A stretch of 64,000 nucleotides of DNA from Glaciecola sp. (GCA_018623155.1 JAAZVZ010000003.1:59373-123372); one strand, 5' to 3'. Shown: positions 10,104 through 21,845, counted from the stretch's first letter. Made by a program: numbers and translations. The notes: generated from the sequence alone by a model not told the origin.

Positions 10104-11267
10104 TTATCGGTCTAATATGGCTACTGCCGGGAGTGTTTTACCTTCTAGAAATTCTAAAAACGCACCGCCTCCAGTAGAAATATAGGACACTTTTTCGGCA
10201 ATGCCAAACATATCGACGGCCGCAAGTGTGTCACCGCCACCAGCAATACTAAATGCATTGCTTTGCGCAATTGCTTCTGCAATGGCTTTTGTGCCGCCAG
10301 CAAAAGGTGCAAGTTCAAACACGCCTACAGGACCATTCCAAACAATCGTTCCGGCATTTTTCAAAATATCACACAGAGCTTCTGCCGTATCAGGACCAAT
10401 ATCAAATATCATATCTGTATCTGCCACTTCTGATACAGATTTAGTTTCGGCTAGGGTTTCGGCACTAAATTCTTGCCCAGTGACCACATCAGTCGGTACT
10501 GGAATACTGCCGCCTGCCGACTTTGCTTGCGCTTGCAGTCGTTGTGCCTCAGCAACCAAATCAGCTTCATACAATGATTTACCAACATGGTTACCTTCGG
10601 CTGCAATAAAGGTATTGGCAATGCCACCTCCCACGATCAGTTGATCAACTTTAGCAGCTAGACTGTCAAGTACTGTTAACTTAGTGGACACTTTGGACCC
10701 CCCCACAATTGCCACAAGTGGACGCGCTGGATTGTCTAAAGCTTTGCCTAATGCATCAAGTTCCGCCTTCAATAGAGGCCCTGCACACACTTCTGGTGCA
10801 AATTTCGCTACGCCATGCGTTGACGCTTGAGCACGATGGGCGGTGCCGAATGCATCCATGACAAATACATCACACAATGCAGCATAGCGTTTGGCAAGCT
10901 CATCTGAGTCTTTCTTTTCGCCTTCATTAAAACGAACGTTTTCAAGTAATCCAAGCTGACCTGGTGAAACGCTTGCACTGTTTAAATCAGAGAGTAACGT
11001 CACTGTTTGACCTAGTGCGTTGGTGAGATAATCAGCCACTGGCTGCATTGAAAATTCACTGGCAAACTCACCTTCTGTTGGGCGCCCCAAATGAGACATA
11101 ACCAATACAGCTGCGCCCGCTTCTAAAGCTTGTTTTAAGGTTGGTAAAGAGGCACGTAAACGCGCGTCTGAGGTAATTACTCCATCTTTAACGGGTACAT
11201 TGAGGTCTTGACGAATTAAAACGCGTTTATCTTGTAAATCCAATTCTGACATCGTTTTGATGGTCAT
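10104..11267 (-). CDS. pgk: Phosphoglycerate kinase
   Basis: Track ORF runs to 11351. I trimmed it to [25 protein letters not shown] (ATG at 11267, preceded by GAAGGAAG), which removes the overlap with epd. Full-length Pgk similarity. Confidence 0.95.
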   Translation of the reverse strand: MTIKTMSELDLQDKRVLIRQDLNVPVKDGVITSDARLRASLPTLKQALEAGAAVLVMSHLGRPTEGEFASEFSMQPVADYLTNALGQTVTLLSDLNSASVSPGQLGLLENVRFNEGEKKDSDELAKRYAALCDVFVMDAFGTAHRAQASTHGVAKFAPEVCAGPLLKAELDALGKALDNPARPLVAIVGGSKVSTKLTVLDSLAAKVDQLIVGGGIANTFIAAEGNHVGKSLYEADLVAEAQRLQAQAKSAGGSIPVPTDVVTGQEFSAETLAETKSVSEVADTDMIFDIGPDTAEALCDILKNAGTIVWNGPVGVFELAPFAGGTKAIAEAIAQSNAFSIAGGGDTLAAVDMFGIAEKVSYISTGGGAFLEFLEGKTLPAVAILDR

Positions 11268-11277
11268 GTTACTTCCT

Positions 11278-12303
11278 TCATTTTTGGGTAAATTGATATA
11301 GAGAAAATGCCGTATCGAGCATACGGTTAGCAAAGCCCCATTCATTGTCACACCACACTAACGTTTTGATTAGTTTGCCGTGACTGACTCGCGTTTGTGT
11401 ACCATCGACAATACACGAATGTGGGTCATGATTAAAATCAACCGATACAAGAGGGGCTTCTGTGTAATCGAGTATACCGGCTAATTTGCCAATCATAGCT
11501 TGCTGAAAGACTTGATTAACTTGTGCAATGGACACGTCTTGCGCCACGGTGACAGATAAGTCCATTGCGGTGACGTTAATCGTTGGCACACGAACTGCAA
11601 TTGCTTCAAACTTACCAGCAAACTTTGGCAAGATCCGTTCAATACCCTGCGCAAGACGAGTATCGACTGGAATAATAGATTGACTCGCGGCTCTAGTACG
11701 GCGCAAATCAGGATGATACGCATCTATCACTTGTTGGTCATGCATGGATGAATGAATCGTCGTTACTGTGCCACTTTCCACCCCAAATGCCTCATCCAAC
11801 GCTTGAATGACAGGGACGATACAGTTCGTAGTACATGAGCCATTTGATACCACAATATTGTCAGCACTCAGTGTTTCATGATTGATGCCATAAATAATCG
11901 TATTATCAACATCTGGCGAACCTGGCTCAGACAAAAGCACACGTTTAGCACCTTGATGGATATGCATCTTGGCATGACTCGCTTGCCCATACATCCCGGT
12001 ACACTCTAGAACAACATCCACACCGAGCTCACCCCAAGGGCAAGCTGATATTTTGGATTCTTGAAGAAGTACAATGGCATCTGAACCGACATGTAATGTC
12101 GGTTGATGAGTGGTATCAAGACGCACAGGAAAATGAAAACGACCATGTGCAGTATCGTACTGTAGCAGATGCGCCATGCCCTCTGGCGTGGCAACATCAT
12201 TTATCGCAACCACCTTAATAGCTTGATGACGGCCAGATTCATATAGGGCGCGTAAAACATTGCGTCCAATCCGACCAAAACCATTAATTGCGACTTTTAG
12301 CAT
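11278..12303 (-). CDS. epd: Erythrose-4-phosphate dehydrogenase (GapA-family)
   Basis: 341 aa, closely collinear with E. coli Epd ([74 protein letters not shown]). It sits in the conserved tkt-epd-pgk-fba context. Confidence 0.85.
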   Translation of the reverse strand: MLKVAINGFGRIGRNVLRALYESGRHQAIKVVAINDVATPEGMAHLLQYDTAHGRFHFPVRLDTTHQPTLHVGSDAIVLLQESKISACPWGELGVDVVLECTGMYGQASHAKMHIHQGAKRVLLSEPGSPDVDNTIIYGINHETLSADNIVVSNGSCTTNCIVPVIQALDEAFGVESGTVTTIHSSMHDQQVIDAYHPDLRRTRAASQSIIPVDTRLAQGIERILPKFAGKFEAIAVRVPTINVTAMDLSVTVAQDVSIAQVNQVFQQAMIGKLAGILDYTEAPLVSVDFNHDPHSCIVDGTQTRVSHGKLIKTLVWCDNEWGFANRMLDTAFSLYQFTQK

Positions 12304-12308
12304 GGAGT

Positions 12309-14300
12309 TTATAAATTATTTGCTGCAGCGACAACGGCATCTACAGTGATACCAAAGTGTTTGAACAGTTCCCCGGCTGGTGCAGATTCACCAAATGATT
12401 CCATACCAATAATAGCGCCGTTCAAACCAACGTATTTGTACCAACTGTCTTTAGCCAGTGCCTCAACGGCTACACGCTGACTTACCGCAGCAGGTAATAC
12501 AGACTCTTTATATTGTGCCGATTGCGCATCAAATACATCCGTTGAAGGCATGGATACTACACGCACCGCTTTGCCTTGCTCAGTTAACTGCTCTGCAGCA
12601 GCGACCGCGAGTTCAACCTCAGAACCAGTCGCGATTAAAATAACCTCAGGTGTACCAGAGCAATCTTTTAGAACATAACCACCACGACGAATCGCTTTAA
12701 CTTGCTCTGCTGTACGCTCCTGTTGTGCGCAGCCTTGGCGCGTAAAGATAAGAGTTGTGGGTCCATCTGTACGCTCAATGGCAGCCTGCCATGCAACAGC
12801 ACTTTCAACTTGGTCGCATGGGCGCCAGTTATCTAAGTTTGGTGTCGAACGCAAAGCAACAAGCTGTTCGACAGGTTGGTGCGTCGGACCATCCTCTCCT
12901 AAACCAATCGAATCATGAGTGTACACAAAAATAACCGGTTGCTTCATCAACGCCGCCATACGGACCGCGTTGCGTGCATATTCCATAAACATTAAGAAGG
13001 TTGCACCATAAGCTTTGAAACCACCATGCAGTGCTATGCCGTTCATCATTGCTGACATACCAAATTCACGGACGCCGTAATACACGTAATTACCCGATGC
13101 ATCGTCAGCAGTAAGTCCCTTCGAACCAGACCATAAAGTTAGATTAGATCCTGCTAAATCAGCCGAACCACCTAGTAACTCAGGCAATAATGGACCAAAT
13201 GCATTCAACGCATTTTGTGACGCTTTACGCGTGGCAACGTTTGCTGGATTAGCTTGCAATTCTTCAATGTATTGCTGTGATGCTTTACTCCAGTTATCGG
13301 GTAAAACATTGTTCATGCGACGGTTGTATTCAACCGCAAGCGCTGGGTATGCTTCGGCGTAGGCAGCAAACAAGTCTTCCCAAGCTTGTTGTGCTTTTGC
13401 ACCACTTACTTTGCCATCCCAACCAGCGTAAATGTCATCAGGAACGACAAACGCATCGTGTTCCCAGCCTAACTTGGCGCGAGCAGCAGCGATTTCATCC
13501 GCACCCAGTGGCGCGCCATGACAAGACTCTGTGCCTTCTTTGTTTGGTGCACCAAAACCAATAATAGTCTTACAACAGATCAAAGTTGGCTTTTGGCTTT
13601 CGGCTTGAGCAGTACGAATTGCGCTTGCAACTTGTGCCGGGTCATGTCCGTCCACGCCTGATATGACTTGCCAACCATATGATTCGAAACGCTTAACCGT
13701 ATCGTCTGAGAACCAACCTTCCACTTCACCGTCAATCGAGATTCCATTGTCATCCCAAAACGCGATGAGCTTGCCTAGGCCAAGTGTGCCCGCCAATGAA
13801 CAGGCTTCATGAGAAATACCTTCCATCAAACAACCATCACCGAGGAAGGCATAAGTATAATGATCAACAATGCTGTATTCTGGGCGATTGAATTGCGCTG
13901 CAAGTGTTTTTTCTGCTATCGCCATACCCACAGCATTAGTGATCCCTTGTCCTAGAGGCCCAGTCGTTGTCTCAACACCTGGAGCATAGCCATATTCAGG
14001 GTGCCCTGGTGTTTTGGAGTGTAATTGACGGAAATTTTTTAATTCTTCAATCGGTAAGTCATATCCCGACAGATGAAGCAAAGAATACAACAACATTGAG
14101 CCATGCCCGTTTGACAAAATAAAGCGGTCTCGATTCGTCCAAGCTGGATCTGCTGGGTTATGAGATAAAAAATCACACCATAAGACTTGAGCAATATCCG
14201 CCATTCCCATAGGGGCACCAGGGTGGCCTGAGTTGGCTTGTTGAACGGCGTCCATACTCAAAGCACGGATAGCATTGGCGAGTTGTTGCGGTGAAGACAT
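12309..14300 (-). CDS. tkt: Transketolase
   Basis: 663 aa with full-length similarity to TktA ([46 protein letters not shown]). Confidence 0.97.
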   Translation of the reverse strand: MSSPQQLANAIRALSMDAVQQANSGHPGAPMGMADIAQVLWCDFLSHNPADPAWTNRDRFILSNGHGSMLLYSLLHLSGYDLPIEELKNFRQLHSKTPGHPEYGYAPGVETTTGPLGQGITNAVGMAIAEKTLAAQFNRPEYSIVDHYTYAFLGDGCLMEGISHEACSLAGTLGLGKLIAFWDDNGISIDGEVEGWFSDDTVKRFESYGWQVISGVDGHDPAQVASAIRTAQAESQKPTLICCKTIIGFGAPNKEGTESCHGAPLGADEIAAARAKLGWEHDAFVVPDDIYAGWDGKVSGAKAQQAWEDLFAAYAEAYPALAVEYNRRMNNVLPDNWSKASQQYIEELQANPANVATRKASQNALNAFGPLLPELLGGSADLAGSNLTLWSGSKGLTADDASGNYVYYGVREFGMSAMMNGIALHGGFKAYGATFLMFMEYARNAVRMAALMKQPVIFVYTHDSIGLGEDGPTHQPVEQLVALRSTPNLDNWRPCDQVESAVAWQAAIERTDGPTTLIFTRQGCAQQERTAEQVKAIRRGGYVLKDCSGTPEVILIATGSEVELAVAAAEQLTEQGKAVRVVSMPSTDVFDAQSAQYKESVLPAAVSQRVAVEALAKDSWYKYVGLNGAIIGMESFGESAPAGELFKHFGITVDAVVAAANNL

Positions 14301-14508
14301 TTGATATCACTCCTGAGGTGTTACATATGGTTGATTGACTGATGGTAAGTTGAGTTACAGCCTTTCAAAAAATTGCGTGTATTTTCTCCTACCCTTTGTT
14401 TAAGTGCAACGTCTATTGCAGTGGTCAGAGGAAAAAAGATTATTTTTTAGACCAATATATTAATAAGTTTGAACTGAAGCCGTTATAAAGACGTAAAACT
14501 TATTAAAT

Positions 14509-14532
14509 AGACATATAGACGTCTAGATGGGA
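14509..14532 (+). promoter_or_regulatory. Putative MetJ operator (three tandem 8-bp met boxes) upstream of metK
   Basis: AGACATAT AGACGTCT AGATGGGA. The middle box matches the AGACGTCT consensus perfectly. Extra single boxes are AGACGTAA at 14489-14496 and AAACGTCT at 14553-14560; the latter abuts a TATAAT hexamer at 14560-14565, about 40 nt upstream of the metK ATG. Confidence 0.5.
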
Positions 14533-14605
14533 AAACTGATAACATGTGCCACAAACGTCTATAATCAAAACAACAAATTTAACTCTAAAAGGTGTAGATC
14601 AAATC

Positions 14606-15751
14606 ATGCCACAACATTTATTTACGTCAGAATCTGTTTCAGAAGGCCACCCAGATAAGATTGCCGACCAAATCTCTGATGCTGTATTGGATGCAATACT
14701 CGCAGAAGACCCCACGGCTCGTGTTGCGTGTGAAACTTTTGTCAAAACAGGAATGGTCTTAGTGGGTGGAGAGATTAATACTCACGCTTGGGTTGATATT
14801 GAAAAGATCGCAAGAGACACGGTACGCGATATTGGTTACGTGAACTCTGAAATGGGCTTTGATGCAGATTCTTGCTCTGTATTAAACGCAATAGGCAAAC
14901 AATCATCTGATATTAACCAAGGTGTTGACCGAGGTGAACGAGCTGAGCAAGGTGCCGGTGACCAAGGGTTAATGTTTGGATTCGCCTGTAACGAAACACC
15001 TGAATTAATGCCCGCAGCGATTATGTACTCGCACAAGTTAGTTAAACGCCAAGCTGAGGTCCGCAAATCAGGAAAGTTACCGTGGTTACGTCCAGATGCC
15101 AAATCACAAGTCACCCTAGCATACGAAGACGGTAAACCAGTTGGCATTGATGCAGTTGTTTTGTCGACTCAACATTGTGACTCAATCAGTACTGCTGACC
15201 TTCGCGAAGCGGTCATGGAAGAAATCATCAAGCCAATTCTTCCTGCAGAACTCATCAAACCAGATACTCTCTTTCACATTAACCCAACAGGGCGTTTTGT
15301 GATCGGTGGTCCAATGGGGGATTGTGGGTTAACCGGACGCAAAATCATCGTCGACACCTATGGTGGTATGGCGCGACATGGTGGGGGGGCATTCTCAGGG
15401 AAAGATCCCTCTAAAGTGGATCGCAGTGCAGCGTATGCTGGCCGTTATGTTGCCAAGAATATTGTTGCCGCGGGTCTCGCTGATAAGTGTGAAATTCAAG
15501 TATCTTATGCAATTGGTGTGGTTGAACCAACGTCTATTAGTGTCGATACGTTTGGTACAGGCAAAGTCGCTGATGAAATCATTACTCAGTTAGTGCGTGA
15601 ACACTTTGACTTAAGACCGTACGGCTTAATTGAAATGCTTGATTTGGAGCGTCCAATCTACTTACCTACCGCCGCATATGGGCACTTTGGTAATGAAGCT
15701 TATCCTTGGGAGCAAACAGATAAAGCAGATATATTAAAAAGCGTTCTGTAG
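14606..15751 (+). CDS. metK: S-adenosylmethionine synthetase
   Basis: Track ORF starts at a GTG at 14546. I trimmed it to [25 protein letters not shown] (ATG at 14606, SD AAAGGTG), which matches the MetK N-terminus. Motifs [10 protein letters not shown] and [16 protein letters not shown] are present. Confidence 0.97.
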   Translation: MPQHLFTSESVSEGHPDKIADQISDAVLDAILAEDPTARVACETFVKTGMVLVGGEINTHAWVDIEKIARDTVRDIGYVNSEMGFDADSCSVLNAIGKQSSDINQGVDRGERAEQGAGDQGLMFGFACNETPELMPAAIMYSHKLVKRQAEVRKSGKLPWLRPDAKSQVTLAYEDGKPVGIDAVVLSTQHCDSISTADLREAVMEEIIKPILPAELIKPDTLFHINPTGRFVIGGPMGDCGLTGRKIIVDTYGGMARHGGGAFSGKDPSKVDRSAAYAGRYVAKNIVAAGLADKCEIQVSYAIGVVEPTSISVDTFGTGKVADEIITQLVREHFDLRPYGLIEMLDLERPIYLPTAAYGHFGNEAYPWEQTDKADILKSVL

Positions 15752-15823
15752 GATTTGCTTAAACTTCTCTGATCATGGACGATACAAGAGAACTGTATCC
15801 ATTCATAAATTAAAGGAAAGTTT

Positions 15824-16624
15824 ATGGGATTATCAAACACTCTCTCTTGTATCGTTTTATCTTGTTTAGTCTTAACGGCTTGTTCGACCTCTCCTACGGG
15901 ACGTTCTCAACTTAACTTGTTTGGTAATTCCCTTGATCAACAAGGGGTTGCCGCATTTACAGCAATTAAGCAAAAGATGCCGACCAGTACCAATACCAAG
16001 GCAAACGAGTTGGTACAATGCATTGTCGATTCTATGTTGCCCATTGTAAATGCTCGATATGGATCACAAGAATGGGAAGCCGTAGTATTTGATGATGAGC
16101 AAATCAATGCATTTGCCGTCCCTGGAGGCAAAATTGGCGTTTATACAGGCATATTAAATGTCGCACAAACACCGGATCAACTCGCCGCAATCATTGGCCA
16201 TGAAATTGGACACGTTATAGCACAACACGCTGCAGAACGTGCATCCATCCAACTTGGGGCTCAGGCACTGTTAATTGGCTCTCAGATAGCTATGCAAGCC
16301 AATGAAGTGAGCACTATCGAGCAACAGACTTATATGAGTATTTTGGGGTTAGGTGCAGTCATTGGAGTCAGCTTGCCCTATTCTCGCACACACGAGTCTG
16401 AAGCCGATTTAATTGGTTTAGAACTCATGGTACAAGCCGGATATAGCCCTCATGCTGCGGTAGAGTTATGGGAAAACATGAGTGCAGCAAAGGATAACCA
16501 AAAAGTTCCCCCTGAACTGTTATCGACTCACCCAAGCGCTCAAACAAGGATCCGTCAACTGCAACAAGCAATCCCGAAAGTTGTTAAGAAACACGCTGGG
16601 AATATTAGTAAAAACACCTGCTAA
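15824..16624 (+). CDS. M48-family zinc metalloprotease lipoprotein (LoiP/YggG-like)
   Basis: Signal peptide with lipobox LTAC, HEIGHVIAQH zinc motif, and downstream ESEAD and THPS motifs. The tkt/metK neighbourhood matches E. coli yggG. Confidence 0.8.
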   Translation: MGLSNTLSCIVLSCLVLTACSTSPTGRSQLNLFGNSLDQQGVAAFTAIKQKMPTSTNTKANELVQCIVDSMLPIVNARYGSQEWEAVVFDDEQINAFAVPGGKIGVYTGILNVAQTPDQLAAIIGHEIGHVIAQHAAERASIQLGAQALLIGSQIAMQANEVSTIEQQTYMSILGLGAVIGVSLPYSRTHESEADLIGLELMVQAGYSPHAAVELWENMSAAKDNQKVPPELLSTHPSAQTRIRQLQQAIPKVVKKHAGNISKNTC

Positions 16625-16625
16625 C

Positions 16626-17561
16626 TCAATCGTTTTTATTAATATGCACGTCCATCTGTGGATAAGGAATGCTGATTCCTTCTCGATCAAAACGCAGTTT
16701 GACTTGTTCAGTAAAATCAAATAACACGCCCCAATAATCACTGGATTTTACCCAAGGACGCACGACGATATTGACAGAGCTGTCACCCAATGAACCCACC
16801 GCAACCGTGTATTTCGGTTCTTTTAGCACTCTTTCATCCGCATTAAGCATTTCTTCAAGAACCGCTTTGGCTTTTTTTAAATCGTCGTCATAACCAATAC
16901 CAAAGGTCATATCAATACGTCGAGTGGGCTTTGCCGAAAAATTAGTGATATTTCCACTATAAATAGCGCCATTTGGAACGATGATTTCTTTGTTATCAGG
17001 CGTATTCATGATGGTCGTAAATATACCAATACTTACAACTGAGCCAGAAACCCCAGCAGCGTCGACAAAATCGCCTGCTTTGAATGGACGAAAGACCAAA
17101 AGCATGACTCCCGCAGCAAAGTTTTGCAATGAACCCTGTAATGATAAACCTATGGCTAAGCCTGCAGCACCTAGAATCGCTACCAAAGACGTCGTATCAA
17201 TACCAAGTTGATCGAGCGACGCCACAATCACAAATAACATCAACACGGCTTTAACAATGGAAGTCAAAAAATCGACCAACATATCGTCGTATTTAGATTT
17301 GGCCATGATTTTACCAAATATGCTAAGCAATACATTTACTACCATCCTTCCTAATAGGTAGATGATGATGGCTAGAGCAATATTAATACCCCATGGCATA
17401 GCATATGAACCGACAAAATGTTGTACATCAAAATTTGTCACGACATCCGAAACTGTCGTAATATCTTCAGCCGCATCCGCAGAGGGTTCCTTGGCAATAA
17501 GTGGGCTATATTGAATCAACTGTTCTAGCAAATTTGAAATTTTATCCATATCCGTTTTCAT
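16626..17561 (-). CDS. mscS: Small-conductance mechanosensitive channel (MscS family)
   Basis: Three TM segments followed by the MscS beta-domain (FRPFKAGDFV, IVPNGAIYSGNITNFS). Start trimmed to MKTDMDK (track ORF goes to 17669); the exact start is uncertain. Confidence 0.8.
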   Translation of the reverse strand: MKTDMDKISNLLEQLIQYSPLIAKEPSADAAEDITTVSDVVTNFDVQHFVGSYAMPWGINIALAIIIYLLGRMVVNVLLSIFGKIMAKSKYDDMLVDFLTSIVKAVLMLFVIVASLDQLGIDTTSLVAILGAAGLAIGLSLQGSLQNFAAGVMLLVFRPFKAGDFVDAAGVSGSVVSIGIFTTIMNTPDNKEIIVPNGAIYSGNITNFSAKPTRRIDMTFGIGYDDDLKKAKAVLEEMLNADERVLKEPKYTVAVGSLGDSSVNIVVRPWVKSSDYWGVLFDFTEQVKLRFDREGISIPYPQMDVHINKND

Positions 17562-17732
17562 ATGTTGGTGTGCTTTATTATCTACAATAGATTGAAAAAC
17601 CAATAATGCAAAGAAGTGCGCACAAAAAAATTCGTAAAACTCATACCCAAAACATAAAAAATTAATCACAACGCTAGGTTACTGCTTTAGGGTTAGGTAT
17701 TATTACACCAAATATAATAACACCTAAACCCC

Positions 17733-18464
17733 ATGAGAATATCGAGATTTTTTGTATTGGATAGGTTAAGTGTCGACAAGACCTTTCAGATCCCAACCGA
17801 CACCGCTCATTACATTATTCATGTTTTACGCTTACGTGTTGGGGATCCCGTTGTATTATTTAATGGCGATGGCAACGAATACGCTGGAGAGCTATCACTA
17901 GTCGACAAACGCAGTGTTAAAGTACTGATCAACGCAAAGCTCGCTTTGACTTGTGAATCCCCTTTATCATTGCATCTCGGTCAGGGCATTGCCAAGGGCG
18001 ATCGCATGGATTTTGTATTACAAAAAGCCACTGAACTTGGCGTGACCGAAATCACTCCGGTCATGACAGAGCGTTGTAACGTGAAACTAAGTTCTGAGCG
18101 TTGGGAAAAAAAATCCCAACAATGGCATAAGATCATTGCTAGTGCCTGTGAGCAATCAGGTCGTAACCAACTCCCTATGTTGCATCCACCCGTAACCCTT
18201 ACCGAGTGGTTAAAACAGCCGACACAACAAGTGCGATTACTATTGCACCCTGAAGCCAATAAAGCGTTACCTAGCTTACCCATTCGCAGTCAAGGTGCTC
18301 GGGTTTTGATTGGCCCTGAGGGCGGTTTAAGTGATGCAGAGATTTATCAAGCAGGTGAAGCGGGCTTTCACCAAATTAAAATGGGGCCGCGTGTGTTGCG
18401 AACAGAGACTGCCGCTTTAACCGTATTGTCTGTGCTACAAGCGCAATTTGGAGATTTATTATGA
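17733..18464 (+). CDS. rsmE: 16S rRNA (uracil1498-N3)-methyltransferase
   Basis: 243 aa. RsmE family (GPEGGLSDAE motif) in the conserved rsmE-gshB-yqgE-ruvX order. Confidence 0.9.
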   Translation: MRISRFFVLDRLSVDKTFQIPTDTAHYIIHVLRLRVGDPVVLFNGDGNEYAGELSLVDKRSVKVLINAKLALTCESPLSLHLGQGIAKGDRMDFVLQKATELGVTEITPVMTERCNVKLSSERWEKKSQQWHKIIASACEQSGRNQLPMLHPPVTLTEWLKQPTQQVRLLLHPEANKALPSLPIRSQGARVLIGPEGGLSDAEIYQAGEAGFHQIKMGPRVLRTETAALTVLSVLQAQFGDLL

Positions 18465-19408
18465 GTTTAAATATATTAATGGTAATGGATCCCATTGCGG
18501 ATATCACACCTTACAAAGACACGTCGTTTGCGATGGGATTAGAAGCTTTGCGCAGAGGTCACAGCTTGTTTTATGCCGAACAAAAAGATTTATCGATTGT
18601 ACAGGGACAACCGTTTGCACAGGCTGCTGTGTTAGAGCTCACCGATGGAGTTGAGGAATACTATTCACTCAGAGATTCAAAAAATATGGCACTCACAGAG
18701 TTTGATGCCATTTTGATGCGCAAGGATCCTCCAGTTGACGACCAGTTTGTTTTTACCACTCAGATTTTTGCATTAGCTGAAGCGCAAGGGGTATTGGTCG
18801 TTAACCACAGTCAAGCGTTGCGTAATTTTAACGAAAAACTCTTTACATCCTACTTTCCAGAGCTGATTCCACCAACATTAGTATCTCGTAATAAAGATCA
18901 AATAAAGGCCTTTCAAGCTGAGCATCAGGATATAATTTGTAAACCGCTTGATGGTATGGGGGGAGTAGGTATTTTTCGCATCAAAGACGATGCCAACAAC
19001 CTGGGGGTTGTCATTGAAACATTGACCGAAAATGGCTCCCGTTTGGCCATGTTTCAACGTTATCTACCCGCGATAAAAGAGGGCGACAAACGCATATTGA
19101 TTGTCGATGGCGAAGTCATGCCTTATTGTTTAGCTCGCCTTCCGCAAGGTACCGAGACCAGAGGAAATCTAGCTGCAGGCGGTGTAGGACGACCACAGCC
19201 AATCAGTGAATCAGATCGTGCGCTGGCCGAAACTATCGCGCCTATGTTAAAAGCGCATAATATTTTATTTGTGGGTTTGGATGTCATTGGTGATCGCGTA
19301 ACGGAGATCAACATCACCTCCCCTACTTGCGTGAGAGAGATAGAGGTCGCATACGATATTAATATCTGTGCAAAACTCTTCACTGCTATAGAAGCTCGTT
19401 GTCAATAA
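18461..19408 (+). CDS. gshB: Glutathione synthetase
   Basis: 315 aa. ATP-grasp GshB similarity. ATGA overlap with rsmE, SD GGAG. Confidence 0.95.
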   Translation: MSLNILMVMDPIADITPYKDTSFAMGLEALRRGHSLFYAEQKDLSIVQGQPFAQAAVLELTDGVEEYYSLRDSKNMALTEFDAILMRKDPPVDDQFVFTTQIFALAEAQGVLVVNHSQALRNFNEKLFTSYFPELIPPTLVSRNKDQIKAFQAEHQDIICKPLDGMGGVGIFRIKDDANNLGVVIETLTENGSRLAMFQRYLPAIKEGDKRILIVDGEVMPYCLARLPQGTETRGNLAAGGVGRPQPISESDRALAETIAPMLKAHNILFVGLDVIGDRVTEINITSPTCVREIEVAYDINICAKLFTAIEARCQ

Positions 19409-19422
19409 CATAAGGAAGGGTT

Positions 19423-19977
19423 ATGTCTTTTGCCAATCATCTATTAATCGCTATGCCTAGCCTTAATGATGCGTATTTTAAACGCAGTGTGATCTATGTT
19501 TGCGAGCACAATGCAGAGGGTGCAATGGGTATCGTAATTAATATCCCAATCAATATGAGACTCGAAGAATTACTGGCACAAGCCGTGCCTGAAGCTCAAG
19601 TTGACGTGGCGAAAAAAGACCAAATTATTGTTAAAGGAGGCCCCGTTTCTCCAGATAGAGGTTTTATCTTACACTCACCTCAAACCTGTTGGGAAAGCAG
19701 TTTACAACTGTGTGATGAGTTCATGGTCACGACCTCAAAAGATATCTTAGGAGCGTTAGGTAATGATTTAGGACCAGATAGACAAATCATTGCCTTAGGT
19801 TATGCTGGCTGGAGTCCGGATCAATTAGAGCAAGAGATCCACGATAATGCGTGGCTTACTATTCCAGCCTCTAGAGCATTAGTATTTGATACGCCTTTAC
19901 ATCTTCGTTGGGAAACAGCCGTCAAGGCGCTAGGGATTGAACCCTGGCAATTGTCTGAAAGCGCAGGCCATGCATGA
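19423..19977 (+). CDS. yqgE: UPF0301 protein YqgE
   Basis: 184 aa. N-terminus [35 protein letters not shown] is typical of YqgE/AlgH. Confidence 0.9.
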   Translation: MSFANHLLIAMPSLNDAYFKRSVIYVCEHNAEGAMGIVINIPINMRLEELLAQAVPEAQVDVAKKDQIIVKGGPVSPDRGFILHSPQTCWESSLQLCDEFMVTTSKDILGALGNDLGPDRQIIALGYAGWSPDQLEQEIHDNAWLTIPASRALVFDTPLHLRWETAVKALGIEPWQLSESAGHA

Positions 19978-20393
19978 GTACTTATTTAGTTTTTGATTTT
20001 GGTACCAAGAGTATTGGGGTAGCTGTCGGACAGCTAGTAACAGGGACTGCGCAACCGCTTGATGCCATAGCAGCTAAGGACGGTATTCCTGATTGGAAGC
20101 CAATCAGACACCTTTATCAAGAGTGGCTTCCCAAGCAGTGCATTGTTGGGATCCCATACAACATGGATGGCACAGAGCAAGAGATGACGCTTCGCGCGCG
20201 TAAGTTCGCAAATCGACTGGCCAATCAGTGTCGCGCCCAAGTCACCATGGTAGATGAGAGGCTCACAACCGCAGATGCTAAAGCGCGATTATTTGAACTC
20301 GGTGGATATAAAAAGCTGACCAAGGGCAAAGTCGATAGCGTCTCAGCTTGTGTAATTTTTGAAAATTGGCTTGAGCAAGGTATGCCAGAATAG
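19974..20393 (+). CDS. ruvX: Holliday-junction-resolvase-like nuclease / pre-16S rRNA nuclease YqgF
   Basis: 139 aa. YqgF family ([13 protein letters not shown]). ATGA overlap with yqgE. Confidence 0.9.
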   Translation: MSTYLVFDFGTKSIGVAVGQLVTGTAQPLDAIAAKDGIPDWKPIRHLYQEWLPKQCIVGIPYNMDGTEQEMTLRARKFANRLANQCRAQVTMVDERLTTADAKARLFELGGYKKLTKGKVDSVSACVIFENWLEQGMPE

Positions 20394-20413
20394 ACGCTTT
20401 TCTATGGTCAAAG

Positions 20414-20725
20414 TTAGGGCTTTGATGTTTGGCATGACCAACAAACACCAAACTCTGCGTCATTATCTTCCTGACATTCTGAGCACACCCACGCATAACC
20501 CTCAACATCCCGCTCAGACTCCCATTGAGCAAGTAAGGCATCAGCGCGAGGTCGCCATGCATCATCCATCAACCACACCTCTATGTCATTATCCACAGCA
20601 GGAATTTCACCAATCGCACCTTGAATATACTCATTTTTAAGTAGCACAGGTATCCCAGCATCTTGCAGCATTTCCATTACTTGGTGGACAGCAATCCGGT
20701 CAAACGAAGCATAAAATTTTTGCAT
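20414..20725 (-). CDS. DUF2007-like small protein with a C-terminal CxxC...CxxC zinc ribbon
   Basis: 103 aa. The N-terminal part resembles the putative signal-transducing DUF2007 fold (AHQVMEMLQDAGIPVLL). The C-terminus is WVCSECQ...GVCWSCQ. The start overlaps the pilU stop by 1 nt (TAATG). Confidence 0.6.
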   Translation of the reverse strand: MQKFYASFDRIAVHQVMEMLQDAGIPVLLKNEYIQGAIGEIPAVDNDIEVWLMDDAWRPRADALLAQWESERDVEGYAWVCSECQEDNDAEFGVCWSCQTSKP

Positions 20726-21837
20726 TAATCCAAATCAATCGAAACATTTTCCAAAGAGCCTAACTCAGTTGGGGAGGTTTGTTCAAGTTTTATCATTAAG
20801 CGAAGGTCGTTTGGTGAATCTGCATGATGCAGGGCTTGTTCCAAGCTTATCTTCCCAGACGCATATAAGTCCCTCAACGCCATATCAAAGGTCTGCATCC
20901 CCATTTCTTTGCCTTTCACCATGGCTTCTTTTAAGCCTGATACTTCGTTGCGCTGAATCAAATCCCGTACCAAAGGGGAGTTAAGTAATACTTCAATCGC
21001 AGCAACTCGGCCAGTACCATTGATGGTTGGTACTAATTGCTGAGCCACTATGGCTTTGATGTTCATCGACAACTCATAGCGGACCTTATCGTGCATTTCC
21101 TTTGGGGCAAGATGCAAGATGCGTTCAATCGCCTGGTTCGCATTATTAGCATGTAACGTCGCCACACATAAATGCCCTGTATCAGCGAACGACATGGCAT
21201 ATTCCATCGTTTCCATTGAGCGAATTTCGCCAATCAAAATCACATCCGGCGCTTGTCGCAAAGAACTTTTTAGAGCCTCATCAAAAGAGTGAGTATCAAT
21301 ACCTACCTCGCGTTGCGTGATCACACATTTATCGTGTTCATGGACAAACTCTATTGGGTCTTCAATCGTCAAAATATGCCCTGAAGTGTTCTGATTACGG
21401 TGGCCAATAAGTGCTGCTAATGAAGTCGATTTGCCTGTCCCCGTACCGCCCACAAATAGTACTAATCCTCGTTTTGACATAATTATATTTTTGAGTACTT
21501 CAGGAAGCCCCAAGTCTTGCGTTTGGGGGATATCAGTCACAATACGTCGGACAACCATTCCTGGCATATCGCGTTGCCAAAATGCAGAACAACGAAATCG
21601 ACCAATCCCCTCAGGTGCTATGGCAAAATTACATTCTTTATTGCTATGAAAAGCATGGCTTTGCTCTGTTGTCATAGCTTGCTCCAGGAGTCGTTTGGCC
21701 GTCAATTCGTCTACATCAGTTTCATTAAGTGGGGTCATAGAACCATTGATTTTGGCGCTGACCGGACGCCCAACTGTAATAAATAAATCAGACGCATCGT
21801 GTGTAATCATCGACTGGAAAAAATCATTGATATGCAT
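20725..21837 (-). CDS. pilU: Type IV pilus retraction ATPase paralogue PilU
   Basis: 370 aa. PilT-family ATPase with Walker A GGTGTGKST, directly downstream of pilT. Confidence 0.85.
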   Translation of the reverse strand: MHINDFFQSMITHDASDLFITVGRPVSAKINGSMTPLNETDVDELTAKRLLEQAMTTEQSHAFHSNKECNFAIAPEGIGRFRCSAFWQRDMPGMVVRRIVTDIPQTQDLGLPEVLKNIIMSKRGLVLFVGGTGTGKSTSLAALIGHRNQNTSGHILTIEDPIEFVHEHDKCVITQREVGIDTHSFDEALKSSLRQAPDVILIGEIRSMETMEYAMSFADTGHLCVATLHANNANQAIERILHLAPKEMHDKVRYELSMNIKAIVAQQLVPTINGTGRVAAIEVLLNSPLVRDLIQRNEVSGLKEAMVKGKEMGMQTFDMALRDLYASGKISLEQALHHADSPNDLRLMIKLEQTSPTELGSLENVSIDLD

Positions 21838-21845
21838 CGTTACTC

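Noticed and set aside
10201-10644. 147-aa ORF antisense to pgk. Similar antisense ORFs lie in pstA (2269-2553), pilT (22012-22392), yggT (24572-24991) and thrA.
   Set aside because: Each lies entirely inside a strongly supported conserved gene on the other strand. The products are low-complexity (Ala/Ser/Pro-rich), with no SD and no recognisable family. These are typical shadow ORFs.
15752-15823. Short hairpin (GATACA-N7-TGTATC) after metK, considered as a possible terminator.
   Set aside because: The stem is weak at 6 bp and AT-rich, with no following U-run, so I did not call it.
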